Assembly: GCA_964016885.1 (NCBI GenBank)
Contig: OZ024741.1
Location: 178,126,001-178,190,000 of the forward strand
Direction of reading: 5' to 3'
DNA from: Eledone cirrhosa
Taxonomy: Eukaryota
DNA: 64,000 nt
A model generated the notes under the pieces. The model saw only the letters and a list, made by a program, of their open reading frames with translations. It searched no databases and was not told the origin of the DNA. A program made the position numbers and the translations under genes. Of this stretch, positions 51,925-64,000 are shown one piece after another. Each line of letters begins with the position of its first letter. Position 1 is the first letter of the stretch.

Positions 51925-54152
51925 AATATGAATATAAAATGAAAGTGCTTTTTTTAAAAAAGGAATTTATTAGGTATTGACATATGTTTCTGTAACAGAC
52001 GGAATACCTATGTACCGCTGCTTGCGTAATCATATAATGTTAGCAAGTATTCGATAGCAAATGTATAAACAGTTGTCACTTCTTCAGAGATTTCGGATAA
52101 ATTGGATAAAATCAGAAAAATTTATTTTGATATTACTATGGGTTCTAATGATACGGCAGAAGTAACAGATCTTGTGGGAATTTATATCACCCACAGACTA
52201 CAAGGAAAATTCAAGAATCTCCACGGTGGAATATACCGTGATGATGCGCTCCTATTAGTTAAGCATATGAATAACCAGAATTTAGAAAGGATGCGTAAAA
52301 ATATCAGAAAGCTTTTTAAGGAACTACGATTAAATATTACATTTGAATATAACCTCAAAGAGGTCAATTTCCTTGATGTTACTTTGAATCTCAATACAGA
52401 AACTATTAAACCGTTCCATAAACTAAATGAGAACCTTAAATATGTTAATACGAGTTCTAACCATCCACTCTCTATAATTAAATCCATCCATAGAAATGTT
52501 TCTCTTAGAATCTCCCGCCTGTCGTCCAACCAACAAACCTTCAAAGAACATGCCGAATATTATGATGATGCACTTAGGAAAGCCGGACACCTAGATAATA
52601 TAGAGTATATAGTCGAAGATCACCTAAACACCCAAAATAAATCCCATAGGAGTAGAAATAGCACAGAATCACTACCATACATACACTACCGCAATAGACA
52701 CAATAATAGTCGCACACCACCAAACAGAAGGCGATGTAAAGAGTATATTTGGTACAACCTGGTCTATAACAACTCTATTAAAACCAATCTACCCTCAAAA
52801 TTCTTTCGATTAGTTAAAAAATACTTTCCAACATCACATAAATATAATAAAATCTTAAACCCTAACACTATTCGACTTTCATATTCAACCGCCCGTAATA
52901 TTGAACAACATATAAAAAAGCTTAACGCAATACGGTTGTATAAACGCCTTCCAACACATAACAATACACGTAAAACACTAGCTATAACATCACAAAACAA
53001 CAAACAACATCCTGTCCTACCTAAGCAACCGCATCAATCCACCCATGACAATACAACAACGCAAAATTATAATTGTAACTCTGTCCAACCAGGAATGTGT
53101 CCGTTGAACAATCAGTGTCTTGAACACAACATCATATACAAATGTACTATCGAATCGGATAGACAGAAGTGGTACTATGTGGGATCTACAGCCACCTCCT
53201 TCAAATCACGCCTTTATAGACATCGTTACTCGATAAAACATGAACACCAGCGTTATGTAACAACACTCGCAGACAAGGCTTGGCAGCTGCGTGAAAATAA
53301 CCAACAATTTCACCTAAAATGGGATATAATAGCGTCTGCCCCTCCACGGACAGGAATTTTGTAAATTATATAATTTGGAATTATTTTGTATTATGAAATC
53401 CAAAAACATTTTATTAAATAACAGAATAGAGCGATCGTTATACTGTAACCATCGCTTAAAATCTACATTTTCATATTATAAATACTACCAGGATTGAATG
53501 CCTGTCTCCATCTCCGTTTGATTGTCAAAGTACATATTAACATTCTCTATTAGTCTTAATTCTAACAACTCTTCTATTATTTACCATTTAATATAAACTG
53601 CTATAGATAAAATGAGATTTCTGATTACTTAGTTCAATTCCCTAATGCATATACCAGCTGGCTACTAGCATTGATGATATTCAGTAGCAATCGAAATCTC
53701 CCCCTTCCCCAATTGACACTTTATAATTAATACTACTACACCAAATGACCAGCCCTGTCCACTGTCCAATTGGTCAAGTATAGATTAAAATTGGCACTCC
53801 CAAAAAATTCTTATTTAGATAAAATAAACCATTTACTCATTGTATTCTCATTAGAAACCCTTTATATACTTGTTTAGCAGTAAATTGAACTACCATCTGT
53901 CATATACTATCACCTCTCTTCTTCCTCTATTACTAATATAAATACTTCAATTTTTCTGATTTTATCCAATTTATCCAAAATCTCTGAAGAAGTGACAACT
54001 GTTTATACATTTGCTATCGAATACTTGCTAACATTATATGATTACGCAAGCAGCGGTACATAGGTAATCCGTCTGTTACAGAAACATATGTCAATACCTA
54101 ATAAATTCCTTTTTTTTAAATAAGCACCTTCATTTTATATTCATCTTTTCTA
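51920..54152 (+). mobile_element. PLE-4, 5'-truncated, with inverted pLTR (51920-52122 = reverse complement of ~53950-54152)
   Basis: The inverted repeat is directly visible; it is preceded by (TA)n. Confidence 0.9.
52123..53437 (+). pseudogene. PLE-4 RT + GIY-YIG (close relative of PLE-3)
   Basis: FDITMGSND, GIYRDDALL, VNFLDVT, SNHP, CPLNNQC, IIY..YYVGST..FKSR..H; frameshift near the C-terminus. Confidence 0.88.
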
Positions 54153-54259
54153 CATTTTCTCCGGAATATAATTTATACTCGTTGAGCAAACCTACACGTA
54201 CGCTGTTCATCTCTAACGTAACGATATATTATCACTACATTATTGATAACCTGAAATGT

Positions 54260-54302
<43 letters not shown>

Positions 54303-54625
54303 AGGGTTGACAGATCCAGCATATTTATCAATGCCAGTATATATATATATATATATATATAAACGGAAAAAATGAAACGAAATTTCATTTCCCACTCTTA
54401 GTACGGCTGTTACTTAAATATAAGTATGTACACGTACATACATATATGTATACAGACGTACAGTAGTATGTATATATGTATACATACATGCACACATATA
54501 TATATGTACGTATGGATTCACCGAACATTTATTATAATGCTCGGTGTGTTTGTAACCAAACATCCCGTATTAAGCCGTAGTGTCTAGCAACCATCGTTGC
54601 TCGTTTGTTCAACACTGACAAAGGA

Positions 54626-54668
54626 ACGCTGTACTAGTTTCAAGCTTATTAGCTATCGTCAGCAACGT
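54626..54668 (-). ncRNA. Type I hammerhead ribozyme (R1)
   Basis: acgttg-CTGACGA-t agct aata agct t-GAAA-ctag-TA-cagcgt. Confidence 0.85.
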
Positions 54669-54993
54669 ATGCCTTCCTGCCAGATTGTTGAACGTATATA
54701 CTTACCTTATGCATATTAACAGCTGAGTAGCCCAATTTGCATATCGAGTGGGTTAATCGGCTGGGTGCACCGAAAACGATAAACGGAAAAAATGAAACGA
54801 AATTATATGTGTACATACTTATATTTAAGTAACAGCCGTACTAAGAGTGGGAAATGAAATTTCGTTTCATTTTTTCCGTTTATCGTTTTCGGTGCACCCG
54901 GCCGATTAACCCACTCGATATGCAAATTGGGCTACTCAGCCGTTAATATGCATAAGGTAAGTATATACGTTCAACAATCTGGCAGGAAGGTAT

Positions 54994-55036
54994 ACGATGC
55001 TGACGATAGCTAATAAGCTTGAAACTAGTACAGCGC
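54994..55036 (+). ncRNA. Type I hammerhead ribozyme (R1)
   Basis: Intact core; two stem I substitutions. Confidence 0.8.
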
Positions 55037-55413
55037 TCCTTTGTCAGTGTTGAACAAACGAGCAACGATGGTTGCTAGACACTACGGCTTAATACGGGAT
55101 GTTTGGTTACAAACACACCGAGCATTATAATAAATGTTCGGTGAATCCATACGTACATATATATATGTGTGCATGTATGTATACATATATACATACTACT
55201 GTACGTCTGTATACATATATGTATGTACGTGTACATACTTATATTTAAGTAACAGCCGTACTAAGAGTGGGAAATCAAATTTCGTTTCATTTTTTCCGTT
55301 TATCGTTTTCGGTGCACCCGGCCGATTAACCCACTCGATATGCAAATTGGGCTACTCAGCCGTTAATATGCATAAGGTAAGTATATACGTTCAACAATCT
55401 GGCATGAAGGTAT

Positions 55414-55456
55414 ACGTTGCTGACGATAGCTAATAAGCTTGAAACTAGTACAGCGT
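55414..55456 (+). ncRNA. Type I hammerhead ribozyme (R1)
   Basis: Intact core, GTA triplet, palindromic stem III ACTAGT. Confidence 0.87.
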
Positions 55457-55657
55457 TCCTTTGTCAGTGTTGAACAAACGAGCAACGATGGTTGCTAGAC
55501 ACTACGGCTTAATACGGGATGTTTGGTTACAAACACACCGAGCATTATAATAAATGTTCGGTGAATCCATACGTACATATATATATGTGTGCATGTATGT
55601 ATACATATATACATACTACTGTACGTCTGTATACATATATGTATGTACGTGTACATA

Positions 55658-55741
<84 letters not shown>

Positions 55742-56168
55742 CAAATAACGAAACGAAATTAAATTTCGTTTCGTTTGTAACTCACTTTTGTATGACTGAC
55801 GCTTAAACAATTAAGTTAAAAATGTACATCCACATATGTATACTGAAATACTAGTATGCATATGAATACACACACGTATACATATGTAGATGTACCAAGT
55901 CTTTCACTGGTCACTTTACTGTGAGTGGCCAGCTATTCTGTATGTAAACACACATTTTTAACTTAATTGTTTAAGCGTCAGTCATACAAAAGTGAGTTAC
56001 AAACGAAACGAAATTTAATTTCGTTTCGTTATTTGTTTTTATCGTCTCCGTTGAACCGGTACGTACTCACACTCTATGCAAATTAGTCTGCCCACCACTA
56101 ATTTTCATAGAAAAAGCATATAACGATATGTGCTTTTACGATTCTCCAGAAAGGTCGGTAGATAGGTA

Positions 56169-56213
56169 AATATTGCTGATGAGTTGTAACAACAACGAAA
56201 CTAGTTCAATATT
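56169..56213 (+). ncRNA. Type I hammerhead ribozyme (R2)
   Basis: aatattg-CTGATGA-gttg taacaa caac-GAAA-ctag-TT-caatatt. Confidence 0.88.
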
Positions 56214-56634
56214 CCTTGTCTGGCTTTCTGGAGAATAGAGGAAAGGTGTTTCCTCAAAAACCAGTATGACTCTAAAAACCGGTTTGTCTGTGTGTTTACA
56301 TACAGAATAGCTGGCCACTCACAGTAAAGTGACCAGTGAAAGACTTGGTACATCTACATATGTATACGTGTGTGTATTCATATGCATACTAGTATTTCAG
56401 TATACATATGTGGATGTACATTTTTAACTTAATTGTTTAAGCGTCAGTCATACAAAAGTGAGTTACAAACGAAACGAAATTTAATTTCGTTTCGTTATTT
56501 GTTTTTATCGTCTCCGTTGAACCGGTACGTACTCACACTCTATGCAAATTAGTCTGCCCACTACTAATTTTCATAGAAAAAGCATATAACGATATGTGCT
56601 TTTACGATTCTCCAGAAAGGCCGGTAGATGGGTA

Positions 56635-56679
56635 AATATTGCTGATGAGTTGTAACAACAACGAAACTAGTTCAATATT
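56635..56679 (+). ncRNA. Type I hammerhead ribozyme (R2)
   Basis: Identical motif 466 bp downstream. Confidence 0.88.
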
Positions 56680-57034
56680 CCTTGTCTGGCTTTCTGGAGA
56701 ATAGAGGAAAGGTGTTTCCTCAAAAACCAGTATGACTCTAAAAACCGGTTTGTCTGTGTGATTACATACAGAATAGCTGGCCACTCACAGTAAAGTGACC
56801 AGTGAAAGACTTGGTACATCTACATATGTATACGTGTGTGTATTCATATGCATACTAGTATTTCAGTATACATATGTGGATGTACATTTTTAACTTAATT
56901 ATATATATATATATATATATATATTGTACAAGAGTGTTGTTTATCTTAGTTGTTACGGCGATGATAAGCAGGTGTTAGCCATCAAATCACTACACGTCAG
57001 TAGTTCATCCCAGGTAGGTGATATTGAGAGTATT

Positions 57035-57362
57035 CATTTATCAAATAATTGTTTCTACATTTGTCACAAGGCCAACAAGTACCCAGTGCATTACTGGTAC
57101 TTTATTTTCTGGACCCCGTAAGGATGAAAGGCAAAGTTAACCTCGGCGGGATTTGAACTCAGATTGGAAAGAGCCACAACTCTATGCATCAAAGCATGGC
57201 GTCCGACCTTCAACTGATACTGCCAATCCAGCACTCATTTATCAAATAATTTGTTCTACTATTGGCACAAGGCCAGCAAATTACCCAGGATATTACGGGT
57301 ACTTTATTTTATCGACCCCGTAAGGATGAAAGACACAGTTCACCTCATTTATCAAATAATGG
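57035..57362 (-). mobile_element. SINE S1 copy plus partial tandem copy
   Basis: S1 core and head at 57045-57232; a second 3' part at 57246-57345; cattt atcaaataat is repeated three times at the junctions. Confidence 0.75.
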
Positions 57363-57599
57363 TAGTTAAGACGGAATTAAATCACCATAAATGTTTATTG
57401 CATTATTCATATTTCTGTTACATGGTTATTCATGTGGCCTCGTCAAATGCTTACACGATAATTGGTTCAGCTATGCAATCATTGTGATATGCCGATGGCC
57501 ATGTAGGTCCGTCCATCCAGTAGAAGTGGTTCGGCACCACTATATATATATTTATGTATGCATGTATGTATGTGTGTATGTATGTATATATGTATGTCA

Positions 57600-58200
57600 G
57601 GTGCTACTGTTGGTGCTACTGGTAACATGTATCCCAGTACAACCTGTCTCATGGTCGGGTCGTTGGCGAATAAACTGGCAACCGCACCAAAGTTTCTTGG
57701 TGAGGAGGGTGACTTTGGACATCTTGCAGGACGAAAACAAAACCTGTCAAGGGGAAAAGGAGCTCTTAAGAGTCAATGGCCATCCAAAATCACCGGGAGA
57801 GATAACCCCTTAGCCTTTGTCAAGGCAGAATTCTAGGAGAAGAAAACTCTGATATAACACCTGCAACCCTGATGGTATCCAAGGATGTTGACTTGTTCTT
57901 GTTTTTGGTAAATATCATCTTGGTTAAGAGAGTGGGACTGGCTTTGTGCAGTGCCTTTGCTCACTATAAAAGCTTCACGGCAAGGTATTGCTTTACATCT
58001 GGAGATCTCTCTGCACCTGTCGTCACATGGTACCATGGGCCCAGCACTATGTGTCGATAATTGTCACAAGTGTAGTGTTTGTACCAGAGTTTTCAACTCG
58101 CTGGCTGGACTAGAAAGTCACACTCGTTCAGCGCATCGGTAGGTGTTCTCCTACATGGATATAAAGTAGTGGCCGTCCTCGAAAACGAGTTGGCAGCCAC
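57600..58200 (+). mobile_element. Internally deleted RTE-like LINE remnant with C-terminal C2H2 finger
   Basis: 5'-UTR-like taaactggcaacc.cacc; HKCSVCTRVFNSLAGLESHTRSAH near the 3' end. Confidence 0.45.
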
Positions 58201-58353
58201 CATATATATATATATATATATATATATGGAAGTATATATAATGTATTTTGCAATACACGTTATGCTTAATTAAAAGCATTTTGAAGACTGTATGCTATTG
58301 TTTTAGAGTAGTGACAAATTCACTTACTTTAATCTCAGCAAACAGGGGAGATA

Positions 58354-58399
58354 AGCCGACAAGGGCCTTGTTTCGCTTTTGTTGAAGCTTATCAAGGCT
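58354..58399 (-). ncRNA. Type I hammerhead ribozyme, U3-A8 variant (R3)
   Basis: agcc-TTGATAA-gctt caacaa aagc-GAAA-caag gcc cttg-TC-ggct. Confidence 0.8.
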
Positions 58400-58993
58400 A
58401 ACTACCCCTCCTGTCTACTGAGATTACTGATGTTATATTCTTATAGAATTCTAGTAAATATTCAAGAGCTGATTATACAGAGCGATTGTTGGTCAGGCAG
58501 AAATTAAAAATTAGAATTGGAGCTCTGAAATAGCAATATATATATGGATGTATATATACTGTATTTTGCAATACACTTTATGCTTAATTAAAAGCATTTT
58601 GAAGACCGCATGCTATTGTTCTAGAATGATATAAGAATATAAGATCAGTAATCTCAGTAGACAGGAGGGGTAGTTAACTTTGATAAGCTTCAACAAAAGC
58701 GGAACAAGGCCCTTGTCGGCTTATCTCCCCTGTTTGCTGAGATTAAAGTAAGTGAATTTGTCACTACTCTAAAACAATAGCATACGGTCTTCAAAATGCT
58801 TTTAATTAAGCATAAAGTGTATTGCAAAATACATTATATATACATCCATATGTATATTGCTATTTCAGAGCTCCAATTCTAATATTTAATTTCTGCCTGA
58901 CCAACAATCGCTCTGTATAATCAGCTCCTGATTATTTACTAGAATTCTATAAGAATATAACATCAGTAATCTCAGTAGACAGGAGGGGTAGTT

Positions 58994-59039
58994 AGCCTTG
59001 ATAAGCTTCAACAAAAGTGAAACAAGGCCCTTGTCGGCT
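58994..59039 (+). ncRNA. Type I hammerhead ribozyme, U3-A8 variant (R3)
   Basis: Same motif, with G-U closing stem II. Confidence 0.78.
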
Positions 59040-59218
59040 TATCTCCCCTGTTTGCTGAGATTAAAGTAAGTGAATTTATCACTACTCTAAAACAATAGCA
59101 TACGGTCTTCAAAATGCTTTTAATTAAGCATAAAGTGTATTGCAAAATACATTATATATACATCCATATATATATTGCTATTTCAGAGCTCCAATTCTAA
59201 TATATATATATATATATA

Positions 59219-59921
59219 TTAGGCTGCTCAGCCGTTAAGATGCATGAGGAAAGTATATACTTTCAGACGTTCAATCATCTTGCAGGAAGGTATACGTTGC
59301 TGACAATAGCTAATAAGCTTGAAACTAGTACAGCGTTCCTTTGTCAGTGTTGAACAAATGAGCAACGATGGTTACTAGACACTGTACTGCTTAATTCGGG
59401 ATGTTTGTTTCACAAACACACCGAGTATTATCGTAAATGTTCGGTGAATCCATACGTATATATATATATATATATGTGTGCATGCATGTATATATATATA
59501 CATACTACTGTACGTCTGTATACATATATGTATGTACGTATACACACTTATATTTAAGTAACAGCCGTACTAAGAGTGAGAAATGAAATTTCGTTTCATT
59601 TTTCCGTTTATCGTTTTCGGTGCGCCCGGCCCATTAACTCACTCGATATACAAATTAGGCTGCTCAGCCTTTAATATGCATGAGGAAAGTATATACTTTC
59701 AGACGTTCAATCATCTGACAGGAAGGTATACGTTGCTGACGATAACTAATAAGCTTGAAACTAGTACAGCGTTCCTTTGTCAGTGTTGAACAAATGAGCA
59801 ACGATGGTCGCTAGACACTGTACCGCTTAATTCGGGATGTTTGTTTACAAACACACCCAGCATTATAATAAATGTTCGGTGAATCCATACGTACATATAT
59901 ATATATATGTGTGCATGTATG

Positions 59922-59971
<50 letters not shown>

Positions 59972-60020
59972 CTACTGTACGTCTGTATACATATATGTAT
60001 GTACGTATACATACTTATAC
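59219..60020 (+). repeat. R1 subfamily, ~1.8 units (436-bp period), hammerheads at 59294-59336 (G8A) and 59730-59772
   Basis: Clearly homologous to 54804-55660, with shared diagnostic differences (gaggaaagtatatactttcagacg). Confidence 0.88.
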
Positions 60021-60030
60021 ATATATATTG

Positions 60031-60984
60031 AAACGTAACCCTGGTATGTGTATATGAATTTTTTCTTCTAACTTTAATTTTATACCTAATTGTGTATGGT
60101 TGACGAGATATTTAATCGATTTCCACGTGCTATGGAAATGCTGGGTAAATATTCTATGGCTGTTGACTGCGAATAGATGGATATCGTTTATTTATCTATT
60201 ATTTCTTCACAGGTGCCTTTTAATCTTATAGCCTGGTTTAATTGGTTTTTGTGTGGTTGATTATGCTAATTGGGAGAGGAAATTGAGTATATATTTTATC
60301 AAATGATTCTAAGGACATAATTTATAGTATATTGCTCTGATTATTTTATCTATTTATTCATCATTGAGCCACATCGTGAATGGTTGCCAAAAACATATCC
60401 ATGACTTTGTCTAGTTTGTCTATCTGTAAATCTTTATATTTGATAATCTCCCATAAGTTTGAGATGCAATTTAGGCAATATTAGGCTGCGCTTTCTAGCA
60501 ACCAGCCTACTAGCCGTAAGGCACCAATCACATTCTTTCTTACTTGACCACTGCCACGTCACAGTTCTTAGCCATTTTGAATTCGTTTCTGGCGGGGATC
60601 ATTTAAGAAAAATCTTTGTCCAAGTGAGTTTGTCTCCTGATGATTTCGAAGCTCGACAATTTATCCTTGATAGGATATTTCCGAAAGTAAACGAAACCCT
60701 AAATGGTAAAAACGTAATCCTGGTATGTGTATATGCATTTCTTCTTCTAACATTAATGTTATACCTAATTGTGTATAGTTGACGATATATTTAATCGATT
60801 TCTACGTGCTGGGTAAATATTATATGGCTGTTGACCGCGAATAGATGGCTATCATTTATTCATCTATTATTTCTTCACAGGTGCCTTTTAATCTTATAGC
60901 CTGGTTTAATTGGTATTTTGTGTGTAATTGGGAGAGAAAATTGAGTATATATTTTATCAAATGATTCTAAGGACATAATTCATA

Positions 60985-60990
<6 letters not shown>
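60031..60990. repeat. Partial tandem duplication, ~680-bp period (60031-60330 repeated at 60710-60990)
   Basis: The direct repeat is visible; bounded by TA-rich tracts. Confidence 0.8.
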
Positions 60991-61035
<45 letters not shown>

Positions 61036-61446
61036 GAGAATCGACGTGTTCTCTTACCTTTCTCGCTGTTAATAAGGTCCCTGGGCTTAAACCGAACTGC
61101 CTTTATTTAACTTCGTCCTGTCTCTCCCCTCTCTTGCGATATTCAAATAACTAACAAACAGTTTTATCGCTCTACATGTCTAATTACAATAAATGTAATC
61201 TGAAATTTTCAAATGTTAATATTATTCTGTTTATATGTCAATAGAAGAGCGACAATGACGGAGTCATTCTAATGGGATGGCTTAAAGAGTCTGTTTGCAA
61301 AATTGCAAACGAATCGAATATTATTATTATCAATATTCGAAAAACTCAGAATATACACAGACATACACACATACATATGTATACACTCTGCTTGTGCATA
61401 GAGTGCTCGATTTGGTACCAACACCAGTATTTCACCGTACGATCTA

Positions 61447-61490
<44 letters not shown>

Positions 61491-64000
61491 ACCTACACTA
61501 TATATATTTATATACCTACACTATATATATATATACATATATACTCATAAAATATCAAATACATTTTGACTTGTCCAATTGTATTATTATATAAACTGAA
61601 TTTAGGATGTTAAACGTTTCAACTCTTATGTATTTGATTGCGTGCATGATGTTTCTACATATGAGCGTTTATCAGTGCGTATGTCAACGCATATGTGTAT
61701 GTATGTGTCTATGTATATACATGTATTTGATTGCGCCTGAGCAAATCTGTTTTCGTGTGTGTATAGAGGTAACGTGGCTAAAACACACACATAAGGTTTT
61801 TTTGTTTCTTCAACACATCTAATTGCAACAGACCTGCAGTCTGTTAGTAGTAGGAAAGTGGTTGAAATATAATTTATTTTGTAGTTTTAATATCGTACGC
61901 AAGCATTCATCACATATCGTATATATCGCTGACTGACCTTATACGGAACTCAGTAGGTATAGTGTTCAGTACATGACGAATGTGTTCCTCCAGTTGAGTC
62001 AAATTTGGAGGATTTGAGCTGTTAAAGTCTTTCTTCGCCCGCCCCAACATTATAAAATTGCATGGCGTTATGTCCGTGCTTCTCGCTGGCCATTCATCTG
62101 GACCTCGACAACCAAGCCAATGCTCTGGAAATTTGTCATCAAGCCACTCGTGGACAGTGTGTACAAAATAAGGAGGTTTCCATTTTGCATGAATATGTGG
62201 TGATTTATGTTGTCTCGAGTGGTTACAGTAGGTCTAAGTTATAATAAGATTCAATAAGGAGTTTCTTTCCACCCACCCTGTCATGATGTTAGGGAGAGAA
62301 AGGGATAAATACATGTGTACATTTATACATAGATATGTATATGTTCATAAGCGTGCGCTTAAATCATGTTGGCCAGTGACACAACACTCCATTTTTCAGA
62401 ATAACGAACATTTGTTAATGAGACAATATTGAAGTGTTTTTTTTTTTACGGGTAGTAACAGTCTATTACATTTTCCTTTGATGTTTGGAATATTGCTTAC
62501 GCTTTCATTCTGTAAATTGTGCTGTACATAAAACCAAAACTTCAGTGTTAACGAATTGTTTGAGGAACAGTGTTGAAGGCTCAAACAAGTTGGATTTACT
62601 GTATATAAATTCAGTGAAAGTGGAAGCTGACACTTGAAAAGCTTGTTAAATTGTTTGGGTGCATGTAATGCGATACATAAATAATGTTGTAATGTCTTTG
62701 AATGGTAAGGGCAAATCAAACTTAAATTATTCAATTTATATTTAAGACCATTAATGCTTTTAACATGATCAAACGTGAATTGAACTAAGCAGAAATAAGC
62801 ATATAAAAATGAAAATGAGAAACCCTAAATCGTGAATATAATTATATTACTGTAACAAGCTCTTATTGATGAATAAATGTAAGGGTTATAATACCAGTCT
62901 AAATTATACATAGAAAGGCATTGAAAGTCATTAAAGGAAATAATCTAATAATTACGTTCTTTACAGTTTTCAACAAGAAATTTCGTAAATTATATTTTTA
63001 TTTAATTTGAGAAAAGTAAATCCAATCTATCTTTAGGTAGTAGTGCATATCACATTAAATGACAATTGTAGGATATTTGGTAGTCACTTCAATGAGACTA
63101 GTTTCAGTCCCGCTTTCAATTATAGAAGCGTACATTTGCATTGCGTTTGCAATTTTAAAATATGTAGTTTGATCCTCATAAACCCCACCACCACTTCATC
63201 AGATATGAAGCATTAATTATTTTCAATGAATTTGATGGTTTCAAAACATAGAATCAATTTGAAATTATTTTTGGATTTTTCTCATTTATAGCGTAATTAT
63301 AGAGCAGTTCAGCCTTTCGTGAGCGTTAATATTTTATTTATAATACCAATTTCGATTACAAAATCTGTATTCAACTATCTACATCAAGGACTACACCTTT
63401 GACTTTAAAATAATGTCCATGTTTTTATGCACTATGGCAGACATGTATTATTTGCGCCAAGTGTGCAATGCCGATATCGACGTTAATTCCTGCAGCATTC
63501 AAAGGTACTTAGTATTATGTTGGAGGTTATTAAATTCTGCTAAAGTGATTGAAAACAAGAATTATTTTCCATGATTTAATACTGCATGTTAATGGAGTCA
63601 GTGGCCTAAAAACGATACTTCAATAGTTTCAAGTATTTTATAATTCACCTGTGGTTAAGATCATAGAAATGGTTTGCTTCAATCGATCCCATTCACAATT
63701 ACTAAGAGGAAATTGTATTTTGTCAACAAGAAGTTCGATTTTACATCATCAGTGACGCCAAAAACTTTATACACCTTAAGGATTGAAGATTCTTTTATAG
63801 AATTAAAGAACAAAGTTGAAATTTTATAAAATATTTTTTCTTATTTCTTAATGACAACTGTCTTAAGTCCACCAAGCTGAAGAAAAGAGAAACAAAATCT
63901 ATTACTCACCGACATCACAGCATCACAGACACGTAAGATGTATTTCGATTGATCAAGAATCACCCAAATAATATCCACAGCTGTTCCCATAATAATAACT

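Larger units (their letters stand above)
54361..55660. repeat. Retrozyme-like family R1: 420-bp unit; ~1 inverted unit (54361-54803) + 2 direct units (54804-55660)
   Basis: Period of exactly 420 between direct units; flanked by (TA)n; no credible ORF. Confidence 0.93.
55737..56900. repeat. Retrozyme-like family R2: 466-bp unit; inverted partial (55737-55952) + 2 direct units
   Basis: Period of 466; flanked by (TA)n. Confidence 0.93.
58226..59200. repeat. Retrozyme-like family R3: 318-bp unit; ~1.25 inverted units (58226-58628) + ~1.8 direct units
   Basis: Period of 318; flanked by (TA)n; hammerheads at 58354-58399 (-), 58676-58721 (+, mutated) and 58994-59039 (+). Confidence 0.92.

Noticed and set aside
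53984-54096. Hammerhead in the PLE-4 pLTR
   Set aside because: The GAAA-catatg-TC half is present, but I could not pair a convincing 5' core and stem I.
55134-56784. Repeated short ORFs in R1/R2 units (MFGESIRT.., MASYSVC..)
   Set aside because: Repeated only because the unit is repeated; low complexity, no motifs, not shared between families.
54361-60020. CRISPR array or classical satellite interpretation
   Set aside because: Units are 318-466 bp with no unique spacers, only 1-3 copies per locus, in a eukaryotic context.
63877-63909. GT-AG intron on the minus strand
   Set aside because: Only 33 nt, and the spliced frame stops after 11 codons.

Overview
AT-rich, microsatellite-laden eukaryotic DNA that is almost entirely transposable-element derived. 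The SINE types and (TA)n/(CA)n density resemble octopus/cephalopod genomes (inference, not proven). No intact host gene was recognised. Positions 1-15 kb hold R4/Dong-type RLE retrotransposon pieces and a head-to-tail array of three Tx1/L1-like elements separated by (AAT)n tracts. Positions 15-43 kb hold decayed RTE-like LINEs, tRNA-derived SINEs, a hATm-like MITE and a Helentron-associated-like element. Positions 22-54 kb hold at least six Penelope-like elements (PLEs; RT + GIY-YIG) with inverted pseudo-LTRs. The main hidden signal is non-coding: by manual folding I count about two dozen type-I hammerhead ribozyme motifs. They lie in PLE pLTRs and in at least three families of ORF-less 318-466 bp tandem repeats (retrozyme-like, one ribozyme per unit). 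They include U3-A8 and A4 core variants and palindromic stem III. Most of these insertions share one geometry: an inverted copy joined 5'-to-5' to a direct copy, with both 3' ends running outward into (TA)n. All structure calls are by eye and need computational and biochemical confirmation.
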